From positions 27,530,001 to 27,594,000 of the forward strand of contig CM097885.1 in NCBI GenBank assembly GCA_044892525.1: a DNA stretch of 64,000 bases, given 5' to 3'. A model generated the notes under the pieces. It had not been told where the DNA came from. It saw only the letters and a list, made by a program, of their open reading frames with translations, and made no database searches. The stretch comes from Schmidtea polychroa. Its lineage: Eukaryota. Of this stretch, positions 42,495 through 55,037 are shown piece after piece. The first letter of the stretch is position 1. Each line of letters begins with the position of its first letter. Made by a program: the position numbers and the translations under genes.

Positions 42495-42708
42495 GGTACT
42501 TTTGTCGTATTTCCCCGCAGTTAAATAATTAGTTAAAAATTTTTACATATAGACTGAATTTATCTGACAAAATATTTTGACCCCCGAGGAGTGCAGGTCA
42601 CATGGTGACTGGTCGTACTCAATATATTTTTTTATTTTGAGATGTTTTGTTTAATTATTTATTTATTTAACTAATTATTTAACTATGGAGAAATACGACA
42701 AAAGTACC
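42495..42708. mobile_element. MITE with ~40-bp TIR (superfamily uncertain: Merlin or PIF/Harbinger-like)
   Basis: GGTACTTTTGTCGTATTTC..cagttaaataattagttaaa / aactaattatttaactatggagaaatacgacaaaagtacc. No clean 8-bp TSD. TTA is present on both flanks. Confidence 0.8.
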
Positions 42709-43053
42709 GTTAAATCAACACTGTACTTTCTGCCAAGCGGACCAACAAATTTATTTATGGTATTTTTAGTTCTCATAATTGATGACCATAGAATAATTAA
42801 TTCAGTGATCAATTTGTCTACTTAGTTTTAGATAATGGAATTATAATAATCCCCATTAAAATTTCATTCCGACTATAGATAAATCAAAGTTTTTTCTAGT
42901 TAACACAAATTATCGGAACCTTCTTGTTCAAGTGTTCAAAATTATAAACAATTTTTCAATTGTAAAGTGTAATCTTTAATTAAATTTACAAAATCTAAAT
43001 CAAATCAAAAAATATCCTTGACTTAAATAAAATATTAAACAAAAATATAAATT

Positions 43054-43368
43054 TCATTTTCTTCTCTCAAAAAATTGATGATTTGAAGGATCAAAGTGGC
43101 AATGTTGTAATTGTTGCAGATTGTTGGCTGGGCATTTTATTACCTCATTGTAATGTGTAGGACCCATTCCACTCTTTATATCCCCCATTACCAATAAGTT
43201 ATCATGCATAGACACTGCGGGTGCTCTGGGAGCTCCATAACCCTTAAAATCTGCTCGATGTGTGGATTCCATATATCCCGGATATGTTGAATACTTCTTG
43301 TAGCAGCTATGGGTGCCGCAATTACACAAATTGCACCTGCATACAGGGACCCTTGAGAGTTTGCTCAT
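43054..43368 (-). CDS. Short Cys-rich protein resembling the SAXO/FAM154 (axonemal microtubule stabiliser) N-terminus
   Basis: MSKLSRVPVCRCNLCNCGTHSC resembles SAXO CxCxxCxCGxHxC. STHRADF and THYNEV resemble Mn-type T-x-Y/H-xx-D-F repeats. Possible donor GAG|gtaata at 43144. Confidence 0.6.
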   Translation of the reverse strand: MSKLSRVPVCRCNLCNCGTHSCYKKYSTYPGYMESTHRADFKGYGAPRAPAVSMHDNLLVMGDIKSGMGPTHYNEVIKCPANNLQQLQHCHFDPSNHQFFERRK

Positions 43369-43963
43369 TTTATTATAATGATTTTTTATTGACAAATATT
43401 TTGAAATTCTAAGTCAAAACATTTTCATGGCAATCATATAAATAGATATAATTAATAGATATAAATATAATTATAGATATAATTATTATATTATATTATA
43501 ATTATGAAAATTGGTTTCATTTTAAAGGAATTTTAAAGGAAATTAAATAATTGGTTTGATTCAGTCTGGTCATTCGTCCCACAATTTAAAGTTTGGTGTT
43601 TTGTTCGTTTTCCTGAAAAGCGTCACACTTTTTAAACTTTATATTTAAAGTTGTTCAGTGATGTATGATAATAATTCTAAACAAAAATTATAAACTGTAA
43701 ATAAAATATAGATTAGGTACAAATTTATATGAAATATATTATATACATCCTGGTTATAAAGTAAATCTATATTATAAAGAAAAATATTATTAAAAAAAAT
43801 TATTTATGTTTTAAGTAAAATGTTTTAATGTAATTGTTTCATTACGTGTAATTTAATTTTATTTGTAAAATTTCTTAAAATTTCTTCTCAATTTATATAA
43901 TTTTTAGTAATTCTACAATACAGATCTACAATATAGATCTACAATATATATCGATGTTTTTAA

Positions 43964-44030
43964 ATACTCACGAATTTTCGGCACTGCCTTTTTCAAGTGA
44001 AAAAAGGCTGTGCCGAAAATTCGTGAGTAT
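43964..44030. ncRNA. Inverted pair of minimal hammerhead-like motifs (U3-A8 core)
   Basis: Minus strand: tcac-TTGAAAA-A-GGC-AGT-GCC-GAAA-AT-TC-gtga. The plus strand carries the mirror copy, giving a ~30-bp-arm palindrome. Confidence 0.6.
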
Positions 44031-44739
44031 ATGTGCTTCCCTACCAATCGAAACCCATTGAATGAACAACGTTGGTAATGTGTCAAATGTGCGAAGATTA
44101 TTAAAAAATAAAATAACTCTGGTGAACTATAATTAGCTAATATCCTTATGGGTCTGCGGAAAACAGAAAACATAAGAATTGTAAGGTAATCAAACCTACA
44201 TAATTCATTTTAATTTTATCATACACAAAAACAAATTTATTCGACTTGTAAATGGGTGACTGAAATTCCCAATTCAGACTAAAACTTTGCATATCATCAT
44301 TGACTAAACAGGCTTTACAATTTCGTTAAAGTTCTCAGATATTTTGATTTATATTTAACTACGAATTGCTATTGTGTTTACAAATTTTATAAATAAGGTT
44401 TGTCATTATTCTGAGAAACCAAATTAATTTTGTCCACGAAATACGTTGGTCATATTTATAAGTCAAAACCCCTATTTATAACATCGCTGACTAAATTGCG
44501 CAATTAAAAAACAAATTGACAAAAATTTAAATGCACCAAAAACTATTTTCTAAAAAAACGAACCACAGTTTAATTTACTGATCCAACTCACCATATACTA
44601 CCGATAAATCATCGCAAATTACTGTAAGATAAAGTAAATAAATTTCGGGTGTTATTCAATCAAAATTTTACAAAATTTTATTCAGTGTGAGTCACCTTCT
44701 TGTGCTAAATCTGATAGTATGTTGAGTTAGCTATTTATT

Positions 44740-46500
44740 CCATTTTGGTTATCTGTAAAATGTCGATTGGTGGGTTATAGGTAAGCATACATTTCACCTT
44801 GTTGTGCTGTTTCCAGCGTAACCCAGAATCCATTAGTGTGTTACTCTTTGATACCCGTTGAATAATCAACGTTGGTAGTGTACCAAGTGGGTGAGTACCA
44901 GTAAAAAGTGAGATATCATTGTATACTATAATTGTCAGGCACTCGCTTCGGTTCGCGGACTGCTGATAGAAGGCATGCATCCGACTTTCTCTTAGGTCCC
45001 TATCTCATTCATTCCGCATCTACATTCACGATGAGATCTGTCTTTGGTAACTGACACTAAGATTTTCTTAAATACCCGAATAGATTTATTTATTCACGAT
45101 AGTCATCACACAATCACCTAAACTTTTACGACATCTGGTTCTTGGTCAGGATTGGCTTGGCATGCATTTTGAGCCGGGCACGATAGGCTTCCCCGAGACG
45201 TCATTTTGGTCGCCACCGGTCTGACTTGATTGGCCACTGCCTGATCGATTATGGATTGATTTGCTTGTGTTTCCAGTTGCCGGACTCGTAACCTTTCATC
45301 TCCACCTGATCTTGAGCAGCTGTATCAACTGTATCAACCTCATGGCTTGGTGGGGCTAAACCAAGTGATCTCAAGTTCCCGGCATCGCCCCTTGAATTTG
45401 TCGATCCGACTGCGCAATTCCTCGTTCTATTTTAGCGCTGCCTCCTTTTCCGTCTGCAGATTCTCCATTAACGGTATCACTGATAAATGGGAACACACTC
45501 TACACTCCGCAGACATTCGAAAAATTAGCTTAGGAATTTAACAACAACTAATATATTTTATTTAAAACACTAAATTTATACTTAATTGTCACTAAAGATA
45601 AGAAAATACTCCTTTTTAAAAATCATTTGTGGGGTCGTCCGCTTTGTTTTGGGTGGTTCTTCGTAGTTCCAAGCGACCGAAAAGGTTCTGTAACCCTCCG
45701 GTTCTGTAATTCTGCCAGATCTCGTAATCAATCCTCATCGTGGGTGCTCAGATACTCTCCATCGGTATCCTCGATGATACCGGCTTCTATTTCTAGCTCG
45801 ACTCGCCTGAGCCGGGCGATCATCTGATTTATATTATTCACAGCTTGGCCCCGTGTCATCCGAGCTGGGTTTAGGGTTGGCTCCCGTTTGAGCACAACCA
45901 TAGGCCGTTCATCCTCAATTCATGGACCGGTTCGCTGGATCCCATCGTAATGCCGGTTGGGTTTTAGTCGAAATCCGTTGTTCCAGGCTCGAATCTTGGT
46001 CCACAACCATTCACGTTGGAGAATGAGGCTTCCTGGCCTTCTGGCAGGCCCGATAGCTTCTTGGACACTTCTACGCTCAACTTGGGACTCGCGATATCGT
46101 CCCACGTGAGATGGTCGGCTTCGTCCTCTAGTTTCCTGGATCTCTGTTCGGGGTTGTTGCATCTTCGCATTGATGTGAACTAGAAAAATCGAACTAGATG
46201 GTAGTTATGCTATACATAAGTGATGATCGTCACCAGCGTTTGCATGTGTGTGTCGGTATTAGCCGCCGATTTGCCCTCGATTTTGTTCAAGTTGACATCA
46301 ATCTATCGGTGTTTTTGTTCTTACACCCTCTCACACAACCATATCTGCACACGTGCCAACATACACGTGTACCGATTCATCGTCCTAAACATTTGTATTC
46401 ATCAGTGTTCCTAGATACATACCGTATTCCTGTAATTTATATCAATCTAAAGGTTATCCTGCCTACTTCACTCATTGTTCATCATATGAGGGAAAATTAT
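44740..46500 (-). mobile_element. Unidentified repeat element, copy B (inverted, diverged homologue of 39600-41650)
   Basis: LMENLQTEKEAALK*NEELRSRIDKFKGRCREL vs LMENLRADKETPQKALEKLHRRVSKLKGRCREM. VNGCGPRFEPGT vs VNGRQPGFEHGT. DTDGEYLSTHDED vs STDGELMSFNDEE. Confidence 0.7.
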
Positions 46501-46744
46501 CTTTGCCGTGACTAATGACATTCAACTTTCACACTACGGTTCATAAATGCATGTAGTTAATCGAACATCAAAATTTCCTTCTTTCCAGGTGAGTCACTTC
46601 TAATTAGTCTGGCTGTTTATTTCCTATAGAAAGGTCATCTTAGTCTAATCTCTGATTGAAATTGGAACAGTCATTGCCTCATCTCGTAAATTCTTGTATG
46701 TCAATCTTGTTGAAGTCAGTAAATTAAAATAAATTTAAATAAAA

Positions 46745-49700
46745 TGTAGGTCGAATGAAAAAGACAAATAAATTTGTAATCATGCACAGAATTAATAGCA
46801 AAGGAAGTTATGATGGAAGCAGTATTAGAAAATAGCAAAAGCAGTTACGAAAGGCAAAAATCCGAAAAAATCAATAAATTGTAAATTTATCGGAATTGAA
46901 TAGGAAAAAATGGGCAAGTCTAGATTATGTAATGATTTATCCGAAAATGGTTAGAAGGAGTCAAAAAGCATTCGAATGTGTTAAAACAGAAAACCGTAAA
47001 TTAATTAATTTATTGGCTAATAGAAAACCCAAGGTATGAAGGAAACCCGAGCTCGATAAACATCGGGAAAAAACAAAATGAGAATCTCGGAAGGCCATTA
47101 TCATGACAGCATGATTAATGGAAACAAACAAAATTTAGGGCTACTACGAAGGATTAACAAAGGGAGGCAATTAATCGCGATATGGTTCAAACAACGTTCA
47201 AGGAACTGGTTGTCAAACCATTGTTAGATAGAAGCAATCCAGTCAAAAACCAAATAATCAAAGTGATTATTTTAATACAAAAGCAAAGTCAAAATTAAAA
47301 AATAATCGGCATTTTCCCTCAGCTAGGGAGACGAAGAAACCGAGATTGGGGTAATCAGGAAGTTAGGGAAACCAACGAATAGAGTTAGGAAATATTTGAG
47401 ACGTGAGAAGAAAATTGAATTGGAAGCGAACCACATCAAATAGAAAAAGTTCGATTAAAAGGTGAATATTGATAAAGATTTTGACAAAGCATCAACGCGA
47501 GTGGAGAACCTATTAAACTTGTAAAATTCTGTCGATGATTGTATCTTTGGATTTTGATGGATTTGTGTAATTCAAATATACGTTGGGAAGTTTATTGTTT
47601 TATTATTTACGATTAAAGGGACAGGTGGAGTCAGAGGTTACCGACTTGAATTAATAAAACCCAACAATTATTATTATTGTTATTGTCATTATTATTATTA
47701 ATATAATTTTTGGTTCTCAGGTAGTCCACATAACGACTTGAATTAATAAAACCCAAAAATCTAATTATTATTGTTTGTTGCTTAATTACCACATTTTAGA
47801 TTTCCTATTTAAACGATGTTATATACCTCGCTCTTGAGTGATTTCATTGTGGAGCTTGGACCTTTTATTTCCTAAATCCGTCGATTATTGACGAGAAATG
47901 GTCGATTCCAATGGCTAACCGAACAGTGATTTGGGCTATCCTAATAAGAATCTTGGTTCGGTGAGGTTAAATTGGAAAATGATATCAGTATCTGGGCATG
48001 AAAGTGCTAGCTACTCTGCAAGAAGGTAAGCATCCATGATTGATGATTTATATTTACTTTGCTTTGTTTGTTTCTACAAATTCTCACACTTAACGGTTCA
48101 ACTGCGAAATAGATTAGCAAAAAACGAGATCAAAAGGGGCAATGATAGGGGATATTGTCGACGGCATTATGAACCCGATAAGTTGGTATAAGCTGATGAA
48201 AAGTATAATGAAAGAGGGAAAGGTAATTATGAAAGTAGTGATAAATTCAATAATGAAGTCCTACTGATGGTGAGAACACAGCGAGGAATCTAATGAACGT
48301 TGTGTTAGTATTCTTTTGCGTTAACAATCTCGGTATTTGATGACGTATTCAGTTTATTTGTATTGGGCTGGTTGAGGTACTAACTAGGAACCTATGCCAC
48401 AATTTACAAAATTGGATATTATTAATAAATATTGGTCTCATTTGTCTCATACTAATTGAATTACTTATTAATACGCTTATTTATGTCAGTTTTTTAGTTA
48501 ACGGAATCAACGCTCGATAAGGAGAATCATAATTACATTTACCTGATATAAAGTAGATTTGACTTATGGGGTGGGTTTTCTATCAGTACATTTGTTTATG
48601 ATCATATTAGATGATGGAACTCGGGAATTTATGTTTGAAGCCCTTTTGAAAATTTTGGCAGGGATCATTCTGCAATTTACCCATTAATTGACTCGCTAGT
48701 TCCGTATAGATAGTTCCAAATCGTCTTCAGCCTAGTCAATACGGTATTTTACTATAGATTGCTAATTATAGCTTATGATAATTTATTTCAATTGATGGTT
48801 CTGAAGTCATAAATCATAGTCTCAAAATATGATTTATTGTATTGTGCATAACGTTAAGTCTATTAAGGTTATCGTATATCCCTCGGCCGATACGACGTGG
48901 GAAAACATACACTTAGTGGTTTGTATGATATCAAATTGAATGGTGATTTTAGATATGTCGTCTACCACTTAAATTACGAGTCTGATTAATTAGTAAGTGT
49001 TCGATTTCCTGGCCTACTCAACACGGTGCATCGAACCCTAATGTTATATAAGAGCCGTAGCTACAGCCGAACCAAAAAGCCCGTTGTAACCGCAGACAAA
49101 TTGTTTAGAATTATGTTTATCACCAAGCATAGTTTCATTAACTAAGTTGGTCATCATGAAGTATTTTCAAGCAGATACACTACACTGTATACACAGCGCA
49201 GTCAACCGCCACTCCGGGTTAGTAATCATTTTGTTTCTTGTGTTTGCAGGTTGTGGATCTCATATCATACTATAGATGCCGGATTGACTGGGATCTCAGT
49301 TAATCCCTCTAGATCATTGATGAAAATTAAAGACCAAAAAAATTTAAGTGAGATAACACATATATTAATGGAAGTTATCGATTTCTTCCAAAAAATTACA
49401 CAAAAATAAATTTGGCAAAATAGAGTTTGTTTTTGTGACTGAAATGAGTCGGTATTTAAACCCTAATTTTCGTGTGCGAGTTTGTGTTTGCATTAGTGCA
49501 TTAAAACAAATCCGAATTATTTTAATTCTAGAACTTTCTATTTTCATTTTTAATCAATTTTCATGGCGATTTTTTCGTATTAATTTTTGTTTTTATTTAT
49601 TATTGTTCTGAATTTCTATTCGAAATTTTGATAAAATGTTTCTTTACTTTAGATTTTTATGAATTTTCTTTCTAATTTTTTCAAATCGCCTTTATTCGGA

Positions 49701-49950
49701 TTCGTTTTTGGTTATTTTTATGTTTTTCGGTTATGTTTGAGTACAATTATTTTCAATACTCTTTGGTGTTTTATTTTATTTTTATTTAGATGTTTTACAT
49801 TTTGGTTGTGATTTTCTTTATTAGTAGTGTTTAATTGATGTTTTTATATGTTTTGAGTTTTACTAAACGTAATGATCAGTTGTATGCTGTGTACCGACAC
49901 ATTTTAGTCACGAGCTTAGTTTCTGGGTCTAGAAATCAGCTCTAGCCCAA
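46745..49950 (+). mobile_element. Possible long LTR/UTR remnant of a giant LTR retrotransposon
   Basis: Begins TGTAGG and ends ...ccgacaCA (~49899). It has many GC hairpins, a strong acceptor tgtgtttgcag|g (49249) and AAACCCTAA. A decayed ORF at ~46940-47140 resembles ~51250-51430. No gag/pol seen. Confidence 0.3.
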
Positions 49951-51680
49951 CACGATTATTGATATTGCTTATTCATCAATTATTCGATTTAGTCGTTGAA
50001 ACCATCCATTCATAAATCATTTGATTTAGTTTTTGAAACTATATATTCGTAAATTATTCGATTTTTATCTTATTCGAAGCTTGTAATCGATACTGATATG
50101 CCGAAAGTCTGTTACGTTATCTCGATGGAAAATATAGAATTTTATAATTAATGAAACATTTGTCTGTTTTACTAGTATTTAAAGCTTTAAACCGATACCG
50201 TCAAACCTCTATTTAACGAAGTAAAAGGGACTTCAATCATGTTTTCTCAATCTATTGCATTCAAATTGCTTCTTGTTAAAATATTATATCCAATATTGGA
50301 AATTACACGATTAAACCAAAACTGTTGAAATTGTATTGTGTTCGTAAGATTGTAATATTTTCAGTGCGCTCTGCTCACTGGACTTCGGCGAGGAAAACCT
50401 TTAGTGTTATGTATGTTGATGGATTTTATTATCTTATGCGTGATGTATTTTTGGCTGCGGGCCCGAAAAAATTCAATCTCGAAACATAAAGCAAAAAATA
50501 TATATAAAAATTCTTATGTCACAAAAATTCAAAATTAAGTGTTAGAACATTTAATAAAATACCATAAAATTACATAGAATTATATAAAATAACATAGGAA
50601 AATGTAAAATTCACTCATCAAAAATTCATAATCAAAACTGTCGCATACAAATTTTCCATGTGCAATTTTGAGAAAAAGCGTCGGTATTTATAACTGAATT
50701 TGCGTGTGTGTGTGTAATAGTACATTTAAACAAATTCAATTATTTTTAATCAATTTGTTTATTTCCGAAATCTTTAATTGAATAACAAGTAATAAAAAAT
50801 TGCTATTAAAAATGATAAATTTTTTAAATTTTATAATTTATTTAATTTTTCCTTTTTACGACTCCATATAGGGTTTCGCAATTTATATTCGATTTTGTTT
50901 CATTTTTGATAATTTAACTAATTATTAATGTATTTTTTTCATTTCTTATTCCATTTTTTCAATTCATTTTGCTAAAATTTTATTTTATCTTTAATTTCTT
51001 ATTTATTTGAATATATTTTATCCTTCTTATTTCTTTTTTGTTGTTTTATAATTTTTTTACATTTTATTATTTATAAAGAAACAAAATAAAACGGAAGCAC
51101 AACAAAAGTCAATAAAAACACCAAAAAATAAAACAAGTGCAAAAATTAATTAAAACTTAATAAAAATTGAAAAATAATATTGATCGAGAGAAATGAGTAT
51201 GGTTGAACGTCAAATCAGGAGACGAACCCAGAAATAATAATAAAAACTTAGTAAGAGGTCCCAGAAAAGGTTATAACGCAAAAACAAATTAATTAAAAAA
51301 TTAATTGATCGCTTATAGAAAACCTGAGTCAATGGGAAACTCCAGCAACGAGGGAAAATCCGGAAGCCATTGAGACTCAATTGATTAGATAATTATTGAA
51401 GCAAACTCAAGTAAGCGCCAGTTAGGAGTAAATAAATTGGATTGTTGTGATCCAAAAAATCCCCAAAATTTATGTTTACTCAATCTTAGGACATTACCTT
51501 TACTGTTCTTTGGTTTACGTTTCTATATTTTTTTGCTATATAAAACTATTTTATTACATTTGTAATATTTTTTGATATACCTTAACTTTTACTGTTTTTG
51601 CATTTTTACGTTTTTATATTTTTTTTTATATTTTAATAAATCAGACGAATTGTCAAATCTTTCAGTTAGCAGCTCTAACT

Positions 51681-51907
51681 GGTGGCCGGACAAAATGTCA
51701 TGCGGACAAAATGTCATGTGGACAAAATGTCGCAGACAATATTTCATGGTATAAATGTTGTTAATAATATACCATTGCGACATGTTGAGTTTGATCAGTA
51801 CCTTTGCGACGAATACCCATAGGGGGACAAAATATTTTGTCGGATAAATTCTGAGTTTGTATGTTTTGCCCACGACATTTTATCCGGTGACATTTTGTCC
51901 TAGAACC
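51681..51907. mobile_element. Non-autonomous DNA transposon with tandem GGACAAAATGTC subterminal repeats (MULE/foldback-like)
   Basis: Three to four GGACAAAATGTC units on the left and inverted GACATTTT(G/A)TCC units on the right, ending cctagaacc. No TSD found. Confidence 0.6.
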
Positions 51908-52499
51908 ATTATTTTGTGACTCACGTAAAAATAATTCAACAACAATCAAATATAAAACCCACAAAGGAACAATCTGAAAGGATCAATAAAAAAAACTGCA
52001 ATGAAAGTGCCAGTAATGAAAATGACAGCGAGTCTCATTTTGATTTACAGAAGTGTTCGTCTAATTGGTGAAGATTCTTCTAAACATCCACAGCTTGCTC
52101 GAGCCTACTTTATTGATAATTATATGCATTTTATGCTCAAATTCAAATGACGCTTTTCTTTGATACATTTATCACACATTCTTGTTTATTTATTGAATAA
52201 AATTATTTCAGGCAGTTGCCCTCCTTTACTGTTTTCTATGCCAAAATGCAAAATTCACAACAAAACATTTGTGTAGCAAATACAACACAACATTATGAAT
52301 TTCTGGTCATGCTTTATTATAGAGAATTCAATTTTATTACAATGAAAATATAAATTTCGAGATATATTTCATCAACTCAAATACAAATATTGTAACTACA
52401 GTTCATCGTTGATTTTTGGTAAAATCCAATGTGTTATAACTGGTCACGATAACTGATTAAAACCAAATATATAAAATATGTAGCTCATCGTAGAAAAAA

Positions 52500-54570
52500 A
52501 TAGAAAAACAAGACTAAAAACAAAAATCACTTCATTAAAACAAATTATTTAACATAAAAAATGATAACCACAACAAGCTAATTATTGATACCACATCAAA
52601 CAAATTTTTGTTTTAATTTAGTATTTTTATGAAAAACAGAATTTTCTTAAATAGAGGAAATTGTTTAAATGAAATAAAAAATAATTAAATTTAAACCAAA
52701 AATCACTTCATTAAAAGTAAAATAAAAAAATCAGTGATAACTCATTATAAAGTAAATTCTAAAAATTACTACTCTAAAAAATTTTTTAATTTAAACAAAA
52801 TTATAAAAAACAAAAATATCAAATCTTTTGGTCACCAAGTCCAGAAAAATTATGTAATTAAATAGAAATCATGACAATTTTCTTGCTCACTTTAAATGTT
52901 TTTTTTTCAATTATACAAAATATCAACTATTTTTTATTATACCCAACGCAGATTTTCAGCTTTGCCTTTATCAATAATTGCTCATTATTCAATGTAAATC
53001 AATTAAATACAAAAATAACCTCATTTAAACAAAAATATCAAACCAAAGGTTTACTAGTGATTTAACGAGATGAAATTTATAATTAAAAACAAATAACTAC
53101 TTCATTAAAACAAAAAATTATATCATTAAAACAAAAATAAAACTAGTAACTTATTATTGATTTAATGAGATGGAATTACTAAATTAAAACTAAGAATTAT
53201 TTAATTAAAACAAAAAAAATGATTTCAATAAAAATCACTTCTTTCAAAAAAAACTAGTGGCTTATCAGTGATTTAACGAGATATAATTGATTAATTAAAA
53301 CAAAAATATAAAACCATGATTTAAAAATATGGAATTGTTATATTAAAACAAAATATTGATTTAAAGCAAAATATAAAACCAAAAGATGAAATTAATAATT
53401 AAAAACAAAAAAGTTCTTTATTAAAACAAAAATAAAACTAGTGGCTTATTACTGATTTAATAAAATGGAATTATTTAATTAAAACAAAAAACTACTTATT
53501 TAAAACAAAAATATATGTTGCTTATCAGTGATTTAACTAGATAAAATTAGGTAAATTAAAACAAAAAATTACTAAATTGAAACAAAAAACCACTCCATTT
53601 AAAACAAAAATTATTTCATAAAAAATTACTTCATTAAAACAAAAATATATAATCAGTGGCTTATTGGTGATTTAACCAGAAAAATTATTAAATTAAAACA
53701 AAAAATTACTAAATTAAAACAAAAATATATAATAAGTGGCTTATCAGAGATTTAACTAGATAAAACTTTTTCATTATCATTCTCATTTTTTTCCATAAAT
53801 TAAAACAAAAAACTACTTCAATAAAAAATATATATAGGCTTATTATTGATTTAACGAGATTAAATTAAAACAAAAATTTACTTCATTAAAACAAAATTAT
53901 GTAATCAGTGATTTAACGATAAGAAACTACTAAATTAAAACAAAAATTATTTCATTAAAACAAAAATATATAATCAGTGGCTTATTGGTGATTTAACCAG
54001 ATAAAATTATTAAATTTTAAAAAAAATTACTAAATTAAAACAAAAATATATAATAAATGGCTTATCAGAGATTTAACTAGATAAAATTGGTAAATTAAAA
54101 CAAAAAACCACTCCATTAAAACAAAAATTACTTCAATAAAACATATATATAGGCTTATTATTGATTTAAAGAGATATAATTGGTAAATTAAAACAAAAAC
54201 CTACTTCATTAAAACAAAATTATGTAATCAGTGATTTAACGAGAAGAAACTACTAAATTAAAACAAAAAAACACTCCATTTAAAACAAAAATTATTTCAT
54301 AAAAAATTACTTCATTAAAACAAAAATATATAATAAATGGCTTATCAGATATTTAACTAGATAAAATTGGTAAATTAAAACAAAAATCTACTTCATTAAA
54401 ACAAAAATATATAATAAATGGCTTATCAGATATTTAACTAGATAAAATTGGTAAATTAAAACAAAAATCTACTTCATTAAAACAAAAACTAGTGGCATAT
54501 TCCCAGGAAAGTGAAATAATGAGCTAAATCTCTAAATTAAATCAAAAACTTATTCCATTAAAACAAAAAG
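52500..54570. repeat. Complex AT-rich satellite, ~80-bp higher-order unit built from TTAAAACAAAA sub-repeats
   Basis: Recurrent aaattaaaacaaaaa..acttcattaaaacaaaaatatataat..(g/a)tggcttat..g.gatttaac.aga. Near-identical 81-bp units around 54290-54480. Confidence 0.9.
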
Positions 54571-55037
54571 TCAGAAATGATAGTCCAACCTAATCTCGCA
54601 GCTCTAGTAGACAAACCTCTATTGCTTACCTACTGATGTATTTACAATGCCTTGAATTAACCTCAATAAATACTGCTTAAGAATTCTGTTTCCCATTAGG
54701 CAGAAAATGATTATTATGAGAGGTAATTTATAGAGCGAAAATATAAGCAAATACAAACTATTGTTTATAAAATTGAAATAAGTTACAGCAGAAATAAATA
54801 TACACGATAAATATTATTATTATTATTATATTCCACATAATATCAACATAAATGCAAACTAACCGAATAATCGGTTTCATGACAACATATTCATAGGATA
54901 GATAGATAGATAGATAGATAGATGGATATTATATATCATTATATATCACCACTATGAGAATATTATCATTGCTATTTGACAAGTTAATTCAATGATTATG
55001 CTTTATGTTGAACTTGTGGCAGGGATCAAATCATGAT

